Source of the DNA: Deltaproteobacteria bacterium
GTDB taxonomy: Bacteria > Myxococcota > Myxococcia > SLRQ01
DNA: 64,000 nucleotides
Assembly: GCA_007130885.1 (NCBI GenBank)
Contig: SLRQ01000013.1
Span: 11,004-75,003, forward strand
Direction: 5' to 3'
The position numbers and the translations under genes are program-made. Position 1 is the first letter of the stretch. Each line of letters starts with the position of its first letter. Below the pieces are notes generated by a model. It had not been told where the DNA came from and searched no databases. It worked only from the letters and a program-made list of their open reading frames with translations. Shown in pieces: positions 1 to 10,014 of this stretch.

Positions 1-770
1 CGAGAGCCGGCGAGTCAGGTGACGTTACCTTGGACGGTGAGCTCTCTCGACTGGTTTTTGTGTTGGGTAAGCTTCGTGAGGCCTGCGCAAGCGAAGGCAG
101 GCCTCCTTCCTCGGTCATGGCTCCCGGCGCCGCAAGACAGGCATGGGATAGTGCTTTGCAAGAGATCGAGAAGCAGCTTTCCTTTATGGATGACGGCGAC
201 TCGCTACCTTGCTTGCGAGAGCTTCGCGTGAGTCTGGTGACTCAAGTGGAGCTGGACCGCGCGGTTTGGCGTCTGCCGGCGGGCCTTACCGAGCGGCTGC
301 GGCTGCTTCTTGCCGATCTGGAGCGGCGGCTGGACTCCGCCATGGAGCGCGGCGGCGATCCCGAGCCCGCGAAGCTGATTTTCGCTTGGCCCGTCCACCC
401 GGTTTGGGTGACCTCGAGCTTCGGATGGCGGCAGGATCCCATTGACGGCCGGCGACGCTTTCATCAGGGCGTGGATCTGGTCGCGGCCCACGGCCAGCTA
501 GTAGCCGCCTCCGGCGAGGGGGTCGTCACTTGGGCCGGCCGCCGGGCCGGCCATGGAAAGCACATCGAGATTCTACACCCTGGAGGATGGCGCACCCGTT
601 ACAGCCACCTTTCCATGCTGCTGGTTCGCCGGTGGGACCGCTTGAGCCTAGGTGATCCGGTGGGGCTGGCCGGCTCCACCGGCCGAGCCACCGGCCCGCA
701 CCTCCACTTCGAGATTTGGCTGAAAGGAACCGTTCTAAACCCGAAGGATGTTCTGGGCGAGCCGCCGTAA
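1..770 (+). CDS. M23 family metallopeptidase (LytM/NlpD-like), 5' end probably outside the window
   Basis: Track ORF begins at TTG at 30, but the frame stays open to position 3, so the gene probably starts upstream. C-terminal HQGVDL...GSTGRATGPHLHFEIW matches the M23 HxxxD / HxH zinc-peptidase signature. N-terminal part looks coiled-coil-like. Confidence 0.8.
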   Translation, partial: RAGESGDVTLDGELSRLVFVLGKLREACASEGRPPSSVMAPGAARQAWDSALQEIEKQLSFMDDGDSLPCLRELRVSLVTQVELDRAVWRLPAGLTERLRLLLADLERRLDSAMERGGDPEPAKLIFAWPVHPVWVTSSFGWRQDPIDGRRRFHQGVDLVAAHGQLVAASGEGVVTWAGRRAGHGKHIEILHPGGWRTRYSHLSMLLVRRWDRLSLGDPVGLAGSTGRATGPHLHFEIWLKGTVLNPKDVLGEPP

Positions 771-921
771 TGATTGACGAGCCTGGTGTCGCCCCTGAAT
801 TGTCGGGTCGATTCGCCGGCCCCTTGACCGCTTTACCGCGCTCGTGCTCGCGCACGAAAAAACGACCTTGCTCCTTCTGTCCGCGACTCCCCGGGCGATT
901 TGTGCCGGTGAGCGCCGTGGC

Positions 922-1872
922 TCAGCTCTCCTCCAGATAGCGCTCGGCGTCCAGGGCGGCGGCGCAGCCCGTTCCCGCCGCTGTGATGGCCTGGCGGTAT
1001 CTGGCGTCCGCGGCGTCGCCGGCCGCGAAGACCCCGGGGACACTGGTGTAAGTGGTGCCCGGTTCGGCCAGCTTCACATAGCCCTTCTCGGTTAGAGCTA
1101 GCTGGCGCTTGAAAACGTCGGTGCTCGGCTCGTGGCCGATGGCCATGAAGACGCCATTGCATGGAAGGTCATTGATTTCACCTGTCTTCACATTCTCTAG
1201 GCGTACGCCCTCTACACCCGTGCTCTCCTCGCCGATGATGTCGAGGACCACGCTGTTCCATACCATTTCTATTTTTTGGTTCTTCTCGGCGCGTTCGCGC
1301 ATGATCCTCGATGCGCGAAGCGTGTCGCGGCGATGAATTACCATGACCTTGCTGGCGAACTTCGTGAGGAACAGGGCCTCCTCGATGGCGGAGTCTCCGC
1401 CACCGACCACCGCCACCGGCACGTCCCTGAAGAAGAAGCCGTCGCAGGTGGCGCAGGCCGATACGCCCCGGCCCATCAATCTTTGCTCCGCGGGAAGTCC
1501 GAGCAGCCGGGCTCGCGCGCCCGTGGCGATGATGATCGCGTCCGCCTTGATGCTGGAACCGTCATCCAGGGTCAGCTCGCGCGGCCTTTCGGACAGATTA
1601 GCGGCCTTCACCGAGCTTCGGATGATTCGCGTCCCGAACCTTCTTGCTTGCTCCAGGCATCGTTCCATGAGCTCGGTACCCTGAATGCCTTCCGGGAAGC
1701 CGGGGAAGTTCTCGACTTCCGTGGTGATGGTGAGCTGTCCTCCAGGTTGCAGGCCCTCGATCAAGACCGGCTCGAGGCCGGCGCGGGCGGCGTAAATCGC
1801 CGCGGTGCAGCCCGCCGGTCCGGATCCGATGATGGCCAGCTTGCACTCGGTGCTTTCGTTTTTCGTCGACAT
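922..1872 (-). CDS. trxB: thioredoxin-disulfide reductase
   Basis: 316 aa. N-terminal FAD motif GSGPAGCTAAIYAARAG, redox-active CATCDG, NADPH motif GGGDSAIEEA, C-terminal GDAADARYRQAITAAGTGC. RBS GGAGGAAGG upstream of the ATG (ends 1872). Confidence 0.92.
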   Translation of the reverse strand: MSTKNESTECKLAIIGSGPAGCTAAIYAARAGLEPVLIEGLQPGGQLTITTEVENFPGFPEGIQGTELMERCLEQARRFGTRIIRSSVKAANLSERPRELTLDDGSSIKADAIIIATGARARLLGLPAEQRLMGRGVSACATCDGFFFRDVPVAVVGGGDSAIEEALFLTKFASKVMVIHRRDTLRASRIMRERAEKNQKIEMVWNSVVLDIIGEESTGVEGVRLENVKTGEINDLPCNGVFMAIGHEPSTDVFKRQLALTEKGYVKLAEPGTTYTSVPGVFAAGDAADARYRQAITAAGTGCAAALDAERYLEES

Positions 1873-2115
1873 GGTTTCCTTCCTCCTGTTGCTACCGGCC
1901 TTACCGCCAAATGGGGGCTGGTGCCAAGCACCCGCGGAGGTCCGCTTTTCATTCGGGGGGCGGGATTCCGGACCTTCGTGTTCGGTCCAGTGGCACGTAA
2001 AGGCTCGTTGATGCTGGCGAAGCCGCTAAGGCACGGTCGATGCAACAGGGCCCTTCCCTCACTACCCGCGGTTTGTGAAGTCCGAGCCTTCATAGTCTTG
2101 ACCGAGGAGCCCAAC

Positions 2116-2823
2116 GTGCCAGCTTCCATCGTTCCAATGCGCCGTCGCTCTGATGCCACCGTCGCTATTCGGCGGGACCCGGGCGGGAGTTCGCCGCCGC
2201 ATGATCCGGGCTCAGCCGATGATCTCGGCCTCTTGGCGTTGCTGCTCGGGGGAGGGGATTCCGGCGCGGAGCTGGCTTGCGCCCTCCTTGAAAGGTTCCG
2301 TGACCTTCACGGCATCGAGCGCGCTTCCGCCTCTGATTTGACGCTGGTCGGGGGCATTGGTCCGGGCAGGGCGGCGGCGCTGCAAGCGGCCATTGCGCTT
2401 GGCAGAAGGGCGGCATGCCGCGAGCGCTCGCGTGGGGACCGCATTCGCTCATCATCCGATGCCCACCGTCGCCTCTCACCCGCGCTTCGTCACCTGGAGC
2501 GCGAGGTGTTCATGGTCTTGCTGCTGGATAACAGGCACCGGGTGTTAAGGGAGGTGCGAGTCGCCGAGGGCGGGCTCACCGCCTGCGCGGTTCAGCCGCG
2601 CGATGTTCTCCAGCCCGCCGTGCGGGAAGGCGCCGCCGCGGTGATCTTCGTCCACAACCATCCGAGCGGTGACCCCACCCCCTCCAACGAGGATCTCGCC
2701 TTGACCAGGCGGCTTTGTGTGGCAAGCGAGGCTCTCGGGATCCGGGCACTGGACCATCTCATCGTGGGTGATGGGCGCTACGTTTCGTTGTCCGACCGCG
2801 GCTTGATGGGGCGGGCCTCGTGA
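2116..2823 (+). CDS. radC: RadC-family JAMM-like protein (UPF0758)
   Basis: C-terminal HNHPSGDPTPSNEDLALTRRL is the JAMM/RadC motif, preceded by an HhH-like region (GIGPGRAAAL). Start chosen at GTG 2116, which has GAGGAG 6 nt upstream. ATG 2137 is the alternative. The long track ORF from 1276 is an N-terminal over-extension that runs antisense through trxB. Confidence 0.8.
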   Translation: MPASIVPMRRRSDATVAIRRDPGGSSPPHDPGSADDLGLLALLLGGGDSGAELACALLERFRDLHGIERASASDLTLVGGIGPGRAAALQAAIALGRRAACRERSRGDRIRSSSDAHRRLSPALRHLEREVFMVLLLDNRHRVLREVRVAEGGLTACAVQPRDVLQPAVREGAAAVIFVHNHPSGDPTPSNEDLALTRRLCVASEALGIRALDHLIVGDGRYVSLSDRGLMGRAS

Positions 2824-3173
2824 AGGCTTTTTTGAATGCGCGGGAGAACCTCCGGTTCGCCTTTTTGCTGCTCGTTATCGCGGGAGGCGCCACCTGCGTT
2901 ACGTCGGCCCTTCGGCCGGCGGCGGCTACCAGGACATACGGCGAGACAATCCTTCCGCCCGACGGCTATGTGGATCGCGTCGAGGGCTTGGTGGCCGTAA
3001 TCGTCACTGACGAGGGAGAGGTCGTCGACTGGCCGGCGGGAAGGCTCCGGGAAGGGGACGTGATACGCAACGGGCGCCGTGATTCGGCTGCTACCGCCGC
3101 TCTCGAGGCAAAGGTCGCCAATATGAGGAAGAGGCTCGAAATCGGTGACTGCTGGAAGGATCTGGATCTGTGA
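2820..3173 (+). CDS. hypothetical small secreted protein (GTG start overlapping radC stop, GTGA)
   Basis: 117-aa ORF with a signal-peptide-like N-terminus (FAFLLLVIAGGATCVTSAL) and coding-like codon bias. It lies convergent to the TPR gene. No recognisable domain. Confidence 0.3.
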   Translation: MKAFLNARENLRFAFLLLVIAGGATCVTSALRPAAATRTYGETILPPDGYVDRVEGLVAVIVTDEGEVVDWPAGRLREGDVIRNGRRDSAATAALEAKVANMRKRLEIGDCWKDLDL

Positions 3174-3208
3174 GAGGCACCGTTGTTGTGCGAAATGATT
3201 GCGAGCGG

Positions 3209-5203
3209 TCAGTCGTCGAGCTCGGCGAGCATTTGCCGCGCGGTGACGGATGCTTCGTCCTTGGAGAGAGCTTGCTCGAGGTAACGTCTCGCATGGTCGG
3301 GGTCGGCGGCGAGCCCCCGCTCCAGGTGAGCTTCGGCAAGCCCGATGAGAATGGACGGAACCTCCGGATCTCTGCGTCGCGCCTGCACGAAGGAGGCGAT
3401 GGCCTCGCTCGTCTTCCCTCTCTCGAGAAGAACTCGTCCCAGCGCGTAATGCGAAAGGGACTCTTCCCGGCCGTGCTCCACCGCGGTATCCGCGTGAAAC
3501 GCCGCGGCGTGGAGATCGCCGAGCCGCAGCAAAGCCAGGGCAAGCCCGCTGTTTGCGGAGGGCTCGTCGGGCCAATGGTCCAGTATGCGCCTGAACCAGG
3601 TGGCCGCACCCTCGGGCCTGTCGACAGACAGCAGCGTCTCTCCCTTGGCCAAGAGAGACTCGGTAAAATACGGGTTCACTTCGGAGGCCTTGGTCAGATG
3701 CTCCAGCGCCGCGTCGTAGTTGCCGGCGCGGGCCTCCAGTCTCGCAAGGTCGGTGAGGGTCCGGTAGCAATCGGCGTCTTGCTCGAGCGCTTTGGCAAAA
3801 TGGCGCTTTGCGAGGGAAGTGTCGCCTTGCAGTGCGTACCATCTCCCAAGGCCCCAGTCGGTCAATGCGCCTCCTTGCTCATCTTCCGCCGAAACCGAGA
3901 GCTCTCGCGGGTGTCGTTGTTGTCCGGTCTTCAGCCGAGCCAGCGCGAGATAAACTTCGGCCTTGGTTTCTCTTCGCCGATCCAGCGGGTCTTCCTTGGC
4001 GCGGGACAGGGCCTCGATAGCCGTGCGGTAGTCGCCGGCATGAAAAGAACTCACGCCCCTAAGGAGGTAATCCTCGGCGCCAGGCCCATCCAGGGTATCA
4101 AGCGCTTGTATCGACTCTTTATGGCGGCCCCACGCGAGGAGAATCTCGGCCTGGACTCGGCGGGCGCCCTGGTGGTTCGCGTCACGCGCGAGAGCGTCGA
4201 GCACTGCCTCTCGCGCGGCTACCAGGTTCATTTCGTCGAGATGGACCCTTGCGAGCTGTACCGCGGGCTCGGCCGTCTCCTCGTGTATCTCAAGGGCTCC
4301 GAGCAGGCGCTCGATGGCGGACGCCGTATCTCCGGTTTCGTGAAGGATCTTGGCCAACGCCAGCTCGGCTCGAAGGCGCTCATGCTCCGAAAGGTCATTC
4401 CACTTGTATCGTTCCAGCTCGCGAATAGGCTTGAGCGACTTCTCCGGCTCGTAGCCGAGATCGAGGCGGGCAAGAGCGGCCTCTACTCGGGCGCGGCCGT
4501 GGCTGGGGTGTCGCTCTCCTACCTCGACGAAGAGACGAAGCGCTTCCTCGGGTCGGTCCAGCTTCTGAAGCCGGCGAGCAAGCACCATCGTGGCTCGGGT
4601 ATAGCCCGGGCGGATTTTCAAAGCCTCCCGGAGGTGCTGCTCCGCCGCCTCGCCGTCTCCATCTTCCGCGAGATGGAGTGCCGCAATATAATGGAGCGTG
4701 CAGCTGCCCGCGCCTGTTTCTATCTTTTCGAGCACCTGACCGGCGATGTCGGAGCGGTCGGAATCGCTCGCTATGATGTAGCTGGCCAGAACAGCTTCAA
4801 GCGGTGGAGTGCCCTCGAAGGCGGGGCTGGAGAGCAACCCTTCTGCTCGCTCGCGGCGCCGGAAGTCAGGATCGATGGAGTCGTGGAGGATGGCCTCTGC
4901 CTTGGCGGACAAGGCAAGAGCCATCACATGGTCCTCTCGCCAATTCAGAACTCGCTTCAAGTCATTGAGTGCGCCTGTGTAACCGGCGTAGGTGTCACGG
5001 CTCATCTGCTCCCGCGCGGCTTCGATCCGGCTCTGGATTGCTTTCTCACGGTCGCCGATTCCCGCCAGCCACGAGACAGCCAGCACCAGGGCGACGGCGG
5101 CCAGGGTGCCGCAGGCTATCCGGTAAACTCCCGGGCGATTGCTCTGGGTGCCTGTGGAAGGCTCGATAATTTCTCGCTTTTCCTGTTGTGTCTCGGCGGG
5201 CAT
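3209..5203 (-). CDS. TPR-repeat protein with N-terminal membrane anchor
   Basis: Multiple TPR-like helical repeats (e.g. ALALLRLGDLHAAAFHADTAVEH, AKGETLLSVDRPEGAATWFRRILDHWPDEP). Hydrophobic segment LAAVALVLAVSWLAGIG near the N-terminus. Start could be 5239 or 5203. Confidence 0.75.
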   Translation of the reverse strand: MPAETQQEKREIIEPSTGTQSNRPGVYRIACGTLAAVALVLAVSWLAGIGDREKAIQSRIEAAREQMSRDTYAGYTGALNDLKRVLNWREDHVMALALSAKAEAILHDSIDPDFRRRERAEGLLSSPAFEGTPPLEAVLASYIIASDSDRSDIAGQVLEKIETGAGSCTLHYIAALHLAEDGDGEAAEQHLREALKIRPGYTRATMVLARRLQKLDRPEEALRLFVEVGERHPSHGRARVEAALARLDLGYEPEKSLKPIRELERYKWNDLSEHERLRAELALAKILHETGDTASAIERLLGALEIHEETAEPAVQLARVHLDEMNLVAAREAVLDALARDANHQGARRVQAEILLAWGRHKESIQALDTLDGPGAEDYLLRGVSSFHAGDYRTAIEALSRAKEDPLDRRRETKAEVYLALARLKTGQQRHPRELSVSAEDEQGGALTDWGLGRWYALQGDTSLAKRHFAKALEQDADCYRTLTDLARLEARAGNYDAALEHLTKASEVNPYFTESLLAKGETLLSVDRPEGAATWFRRILDHWPDEPSANSGLALALLRLGDLHAAAFHADTAVEHGREESLSHYALGRVLLERGKTSEAIASFVQARRRDPEVPSILIGLAEAHLERGLAADPDHARRYLEQALSKDEASVTARQMLAELDD

Positions 5204-5471
5204 ACGGACAACGATCGATCCTGCGCGCCACGAAAGCAAGGCGCTGGGTGGAATGTTCTGCTAAACGTCCGTCCGTGGTCGGTCACGGATCGCGAGCCTT
5301 TGATTTTTTGGGGAGGCCGCCGAGGGTGCTTTGGGTGACGGTTCTAGCCGACTTTCATTTATGGTTTTCCTGAGCGACAGTGCGAACACTTGAATCCCCC
5401 GTTTTCGTTCGGCCCGCGGCGGGGGTATACGAGTAGGCCGGAGCCGGGCTGTAGCCCGGGAGAGGACAGTC

Positions 5472-5912
5472 ATGGCGGCGAGCGTGAACAAGGCAATAGT
5501 AGTCGGAAACCTCGGCCGGGACCCGGAGGTGAGGTACACCCAGTCCGGGCAGGCGGTGTGCAACTTCAGCGTTGCAACCAATGAACGATGGAGGGACAAG
5601 AGCGGACAGGATCAGGAGCAAACGGAGTGGCACCGTATCGTCACCTGGGGAAAGCTTGCCGAGCTTTGTGGCGAGTATCTTGCGAAGGGACGCACTGTTT
5701 ACGTTGAGGGACGGTTGCAGACTCGGGAATGGACCGATCGCCAAGGCGAGAAGCGGTTCACGACCGAGATAAACGCCCGCGAGGTCCAGTTCCTAGATCG
5801 CGGCGGCCGCTCGGCCGGCGGTGACCGGGGAGGACCTCCTCCGCCCGAAGGCAACTTCGGTCCGCCTCCGTCGGGTGGGGAGCCCGGAGACGACGAAGAC
5901 GTACCGTTCTAG
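5472..5912 (+). CDS. ssb: single-stranded DNA-binding protein
   Basis: OB-fold N-terminus ([34 protein letters not shown]...[12 protein letters not shown]). Gly/Pro-rich tail ending in the acidic DEDVPF tip typical of SSB. RBS GGGAGAGGA upstream. Confidence 0.92.
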   Translation: MAASVNKAIVVGNLGRDPEVRYTQSGQAVCNFSVATNERWRDKSGQDQEQTEWHRIVTWGKLAELCGEYLAKGRTVYVEGRLQTREWTDRQGEKRFTTEINAREVQFLDRGGRSAGGDRGGPPPPEGNFGPPPSGGEPGDDEDVPF

Positions 5913-5987
5913 CGCTGAGCCTCCATTTTGTTCTTGCGGGCTAATTCGGCCCCTTCTCGTGAGTCTGCACGAAACCATTGCATTTTC

Positions 5988-6009
5988 GGGGGGAGAAGGC
6001 TCTCCCCCC
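5988..6009 (+). terminator. perfect GC hairpin (GGGGGGAGA-AGGC-TCTCCCCCC) about 75 nt downstream of ssb; candidate factor-independent terminator without a U-tract
   Basis: 9-bp perfect stem with a 4-nt loop read directly from the sequence. No T-run follows, so a terminator function is an inference. Confidence 0.3.
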
Positions 6010-6137
6010 AACAGAGGGCCGTAAGGCCCGCTTGCTAGACGGGGCAGCTTGCCGCCTGGTCGCACCCCGGATAATATCCCCCGCGCTGTGACCCGATGTC
6101 CGGTTAACTGGATGACCCAAGTTATTGAACCAATTAC

Positions 6138-6377
6138 ATGGAGCCTGCCAAGAAAGAGCCTGCTCGGGCCGGCGGAGTCTTTGATGAAGAGGCGAAGTGT
6201 GTCGCCCTCTCGTCCGAGATGGTAGCGGCATTGAGCGCTGTTCTCGTAGAGATGAGCCCGCCGGTGGCTCCGACCCGGCCGCTAAGCTCTGCGGCGGACT
6301 CTCGAGCCGGCTGGAAGCTTGCGGGACGGCTCGAAGGGATTGAGAGCACGCTGGGCACCGTTGCAGGCGAGGGATAA
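6138..6377 (+). CDS. possible small ORF immediately upstream (4-nt gap) of the biotin-carrier gene
   Basis: 79 codons with an ATG start, no clear RBS and a short hydrophobic stretch. Its position resembles the small accessory subunits of biotin-dependent decarboxylase/transcarboxylase complexes. No sequence similarity recognised. Confidence 0.2.
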   Translation: MEPAKKEPARAGGVFDEEAKCVALSSEMVAALSAVLVEMSPPVAPTRPLSSAADSRAGWKLAGRLEGIESTLGTVAGEG

Positions 6378-6380
6378 AGA

Positions 6381-6875
6381 ATGGATGGAAAGTACAATAT
6401 CGTCGTTGACGGCGAGGACGTGGAGGTCATCGTCAGGCGGGCGGGCGATGATGGAGGCGAACGGAGGTTTCTGGTCACCGTGGGAGGCCGTGAGCACGAG
6501 GTGCGGGTGAAGAAAGAAGCAGCGCCGCGGACAACGAACGCAGCGCCCGGCCTGGACCTTGGAAGCGTCTCGATGCCGGTGCCGCGGCGGGAGGAGCGCT
6601 CGGCGCCGAAGCCTTCCGGTCCCTCGGCTCCGGCGAGCGTGGACACCTCGAGCCAGTATGTTGTTACAGCCCCGATGACAGGAAAGATAGTTTCCGCTCA
6701 GGTGGAGGCCGGCCAGCAGGTCAATGAGGGCGATCTGCTCCTGGTGCTAGAGGCCATGAAGATGGAGAACTCCATTTTGGCCACCCAAGCAGGCGTCGTG
6801 CAGAGGGTGGCCGTCAAGGCGGGTGATGGCGTGCGCAAGGGTGACGAGCTGTGCATTCTCGGCCAGGTCGGCTAA
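6381..6875 (+). CDS. biotin carboxyl carrier subunit (transcarboxylase 1.3S-like biotinyl protein)
   Basis: C-terminal biotinyl domain with the EAMKM biotinylation motif ([14 protein letters not shown]). Short N-terminal region plus Ala/Pro-rich linker resembles the Propionibacterium 1.3S subunit architecture. Confidence 0.8.
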   Translation: MDGKYNIVVDGEDVEVIVRRAGDDGGERRFLVTVGGREHEVRVKKEAAPRTTNAAPGLDLGSVSMPVPRREERSAPKPSGPSAPASVDTSSQYVVTAPMTGKIVSAQVEAGQQVNEGDLLLVLEAMKMENSILATQAGVVQRVAVKAGDGVRKGDELCILGQVG

Positions 6876-6961
6876 GACGCGACGTTTCCAACAACCGGCG
6901 GCCCCCGCACTGGCCCACTGCATGCGGTGTGGGCCGCCCATGAGGCGAAGAGGAAAACGAC

Positions 6962-9940
6962 ATGGGTGATAGGCAACGGGTGGGCATTACTGACACCATT
7001 TTCAGGGATGCGCATCAGTCGCTGATTGCGACGAGAATGAGTGTGGACGATATGCTGCCCATAGCGCCGGCTCTGGACGAGGTCGGCTATCACTCGCTCG
7101 AGGTGTGGGGCGGCGCGACCTTCGATGCTTGCATCCGTTTCCTAGACGAGGATCCTTGGGAGCGTCTCCGACGCATCAAGGAGGCCATACCCAACACTCC
7201 TCTGCAGATGCTCATTCGGGGCCAAAACATCGTGGGGTATCGGCATTATCCCGACGATGTCGTGATCGAGTTCGTGCGAGCCGCGCACCGCAACGGTGTG
7301 GGGGTGTTCAGGGTATTCGATGCCTTGAACGACGTGCGAAACATGAAGGTGGCCATGCAGGCCGCAAAGGATGTCGGCGCTCACGTGCAGGGGACCATCT
7401 CGTACACGATAAGCCCTGTTCATACGATCGAGTTATTCGCGGAGACGGCCGCCGAGCTCGGCGAGCTGGGGGCCGACTCGATCTGCATCAAGGACATGTC
7501 CGGCATTCTTACTCCTCATGCCGCGCAAGAGCTGACCAAGGCCATCAAGCGCAAGGTGGGGCTGCCGCTATCGCTTCACAGTCATTCGACCAGCGGCATG
7601 GCCACGGCATCCTACTTCGCGGCTTGCGAGGCGGGAGCCGACCTGCTCGACACCGCTTTGTCTCCTTTTTCGGGTGGCACCTCTCAGCCGCCCACGGAAA
7701 CCATGGTCGCATCTCTGCGGGGGACGCCTTTCGACACCGGCTTGGATTTGGAGCTGCTAGTCGATATCTCCGAGCGATTCAAGGCTGTTCGAGAGAAGTA
7801 CGAGGGTCTCATAAGTCCCCTTTCGGAGCGTGTTTCGACCCAGGTCTTGCTTCACCAGATCCCGGGTGGCATGTACTCCAACCTGCTCTCTCAGCTCGAG
7901 GAGCAGGGCTCGGGCGACAAGATCCACGAGGTGCTGGAGGAGGTCCCGAGGGTGCGGCGTGAACTCGGCTATCCTCCGCTGGTGACTCCCACCAGCCAGA
8001 TCGTGGGCACGCAGGCGGCGTTCAACGTCATGCTCGGTGAACGCTATAAGGCCATCTCCGAAGAGGTACGGATGTACATGCGAGGCCTTTACGGGCGGCC
8101 GCCGGCACCGGTGGATCCGGAGATTCAGAAGCTCGCCATAGGAGACAAGGAGCAGGTCACCGTAAGACCGGCCGATCTTCTGGAACCGGAGATGGAAAAA
8201 GCGCGAGAGGAGATAGGTGAGCTGGCCGAATGCGACGAGGATGTTTTGACCTACATTCTCTTTCCGCAAGTCGCGCGCAAGTTCCTGGAGCGCCGGAAGT
8301 CTGGTGATTTGAAGCCGCCGATGCCGCCGCCAAAGAAGGAAATCAAGAGCGAGCCGGAGCCGGACGACGAGGCAGCCGAGGAATACGCGAACGGTCATGA
8401 GGCCGCCATGCGCCGCCTAGCCAAGATGGAGTCGGAGGCCTTGCTCGGTGGGGGTCAAAAGGCAATCGACAAGCAGCATGCCGCCGGCAAGCTTACGGCG
8501 AGGGAGAGAGTGGAGCTGCTTCTCGACCCAGGCTCTCTCGTTGAGATAGACAGGTTCAGTCGCCATCGCTGTCATGACTTCGGGATGGAGAAGAAGAGGG
8601 TTCTGGGCGACGGTGTGCTGACCGGCCATGGCACCATTGGGGGGCGGCAGGTCTTCGTTTTCGCGCATGACTTCACGGCGTTCGGGGGCGCGCTCGGAGA
8701 GGTGTTCGCCCGCAAGGTATGCAAGCTGATGGACCTTGCAATGAAGGTCGGAGCGCCGGTGATCGGGTTGAACGACAGCGGAGGGGCCCGAATTCAGGAG
8801 GGCGTGGCCAGCCTCGCCGGCTACGGGGACATTTTCCATCGCAATGTCACGGCTTCCGGTGTGATTCCGCAGATATCCGCTATCGCCGGCCCATGTGCCG
8901 GGGGAGCGGTCTACTCTCCGGCCATGACGGATTTCATCATCATGGTCGAGTCGACGAGCCACATGTTCATCACCGGACCCAACGTCATCAAGGCGGCCAT
9001 CGGTGAGGAGGTGACCTTCGAGGAGCTGGGCGGAGCGGTTACCCACAACAGCGTCAGCGGAGTAGCCCACTTCGTTACCAAGACAGAGCGAGACGCCATC
9101 ACCTTGATGAGATACCTGCTCTCGTTCCTGCCGCTGAACAACATGGAGGATCCGCCGAGGGAGGCGCCCCGGGATGGCTTACTCGAGTCCGGTGAGAGTC
9201 TTCTCGAGCTGCTGCCCGAGGATTCAAACCAGCCATACGACATGCTGGAGATCATTCGGCGAGTCGTCGACGGTGGCGAGATCCTCGAGGTCTCCAGGCT
9301 ATACGCTCCGAACATCGTCGTAGGATTCGCTCGGCTGGATGGGCATACCGTCGGGGTAGTGGCCAATCAGCCGGCGCATTTAGCGGGCTGCCTGGACATC
9401 GACTCCTCGCGTAAGGCCTCGCGTTTCGTGCGTTTCTGCGACGCCTTCAACATCCCGCTGGTTACCTTTGTCGACGTACCCGGCTTCCTGCCCGGCACCG
9501 ACCAGGAGCATGGCGGCATCATAACGCACGGTTCGAAACTTCTCTACGCGTTCTGCGAGGCCACCGTGCCCAAGATTACCGTCATCACCCGAAAGGCTTA
9601 TGGAGGGGCTTACGACGTAATGTGCTCCAAGCATTCCGGTGGTGACGTCAATCTTGCTTGGCCCAACGCCGAGCTGGCGGTCATGGGCGCCGGCGGGGCC
9701 ATAAGCATCATTGCTCGCAAACAGCTCAAGGCGGCGAAGGATCCCGAGGCGAAGCACGCGGAGCTGTCGCAAGAGTACAAGCAGAAGTTCTCCAACCCCT
9801 ACATCGCGGCGGACCTGGGCTACATAGATGATGTGATCCATCCGAACGAGACGAGGAACAATCTCATTAGGGCGCTGGAGATGCTCATGTCCAAACGCGA
9901 GCAGCGGCCGAGAAGAAAGCACGGCAACATACCGCTGTAG
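6962..9940 (+). CDS. fused carboxyltransferase: N-terminal 5S-type (pyruvate/oxaloacetate) domain + C-terminal 12S-type (methylmalonyl-CoA/propionyl-CoA) domain
   Basis: Residues ~1-470 match the HMGL-like 5S/OadA/PycB fold ([14 protein letters not shown]..., [12 protein letters not shown] metal site). Residues ~480-992 match the PccB/12S fold ([32 protein letters not shown]...GGARIQEG...). A single uninterrupted 992-codon frame. RBS GAGGAAAA upstream. Confidence 0.85.
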   Translation: MGDRQRVGITDTIFRDAHQSLIATRMSVDDMLPIAPALDEVGYHSLEVWGGATFDACIRFLDEDPWERLRRIKEAIPNTPLQMLIRGQNIVGYRHYPDDVVIEFVRAAHRNGVGVFRVFDALNDVRNMKVAMQAAKDVGAHVQGTISYTISPVHTIELFAETAAELGELGADSICIKDMSGILTPHAAQELTKAIKRKVGLPLSLHSHSTSGMATASYFAACEAGADLLDTALSPFSGGTSQPPTETMVASLRGTPFDTGLDLELLVDISERFKAVREKYEGLISPLSERVSTQVLLHQIPGGMYSNLLSQLEEQGSGDKIHEVLEEVPRVRRELGYPPLVTPTSQIVGTQAAFNVMLGERYKAISEEVRMYMRGLYGRPPAPVDPEIQKLAIGDKEQVTVRPADLLEPEMEKAREEIGELAECDEDVLTYILFPQVARKFLERRKSGDLKPPMPPPKKEIKSEPEPDDEAAEEYANGHEAAMRRLAKMESEALLGGGQKAIDKQHAAGKLTARERVELLLDPGSLVEIDRFSRHRCHDFGMEKKRVLGDGVLTGHGTIGGRQVFVFAHDFTAFGGALGEVFARKVCKLMDLAMKVGAPVIGLNDSGGARIQEGVASLAGYGDIFHRNVTASGVIPQISAIAGPCAGGAVYSPAMTDFIIMVESTSHMFITGPNVIKAAIGEEVTFEELGGAVTHNSVSGVAHFVTKTERDAITLMRYLLSFLPLNNMEDPPREAPRDGLLESGESLLELLPEDSNQPYDMLEIIRRVVDGGEILEVSRLYAPNIVVGFARLDGHTVGVVANQPAHLAGCLDIDSSRKASRFVRFCDAFNIPLVTFVDVPGFLPGTDQEHGGIITHGSKLLYAFCEATVPKITVITRKAYGGAYDVMCSKHSGGDVNLAWPNAELAVMGAGGAISIIARKQLKAAKDPEAKHAELSQEYKQKFSNPYIAADLGYIDDVIHPNETRNNLIRALEMLMSKREQRPRRKHGNIPL

Positions 9941-10014
9941 AAGCCGATATCAGGCATAGCACACCTAAAGCCGGCTCGGTGACATCAATACCGGGCCTTG
10001 ACGGGAGGGTGATC

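Noticed and set aside
1276-2136. N-terminal extension of the radC track ORF (515 aa)
   Set aside because: The extension runs antisense through trxB and has no RBS. RadC similarity starts only near 2137, and GAGGAG plus GTG at 2116 gives a sensible start.
2778-3842. 354-aa ORF on the - strand
   Set aside because: It overlaps radC and the TPR gene out of frame. Its composition is Arg/Pro/Gly-rich, as expected for a shadow ORF.
3170-5338. 722-aa ORF on the + strand
   Set aside because: It is entirely antisense to the minus-strand TPR gene, which has clear TPR motifs and a membrane anchor. It has no motifs itself. It is a typical GC-rich antisense artefact.
5400-5471. LexA (SOS) box upstream of ssb
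   Set aside because: CTGT...ACAG-like elements are present, but the spacing is 13 nt and does not fit CTGT-N8-ACAG. Only a generic palindrome is reported instead.
7105-7962. 285-aa + ORF in an alternative frame
   Set aside because: It lies inside the strongly supported 5S carboxyltransferase domain frame and has His/Arg/Gly-rich shadow composition.
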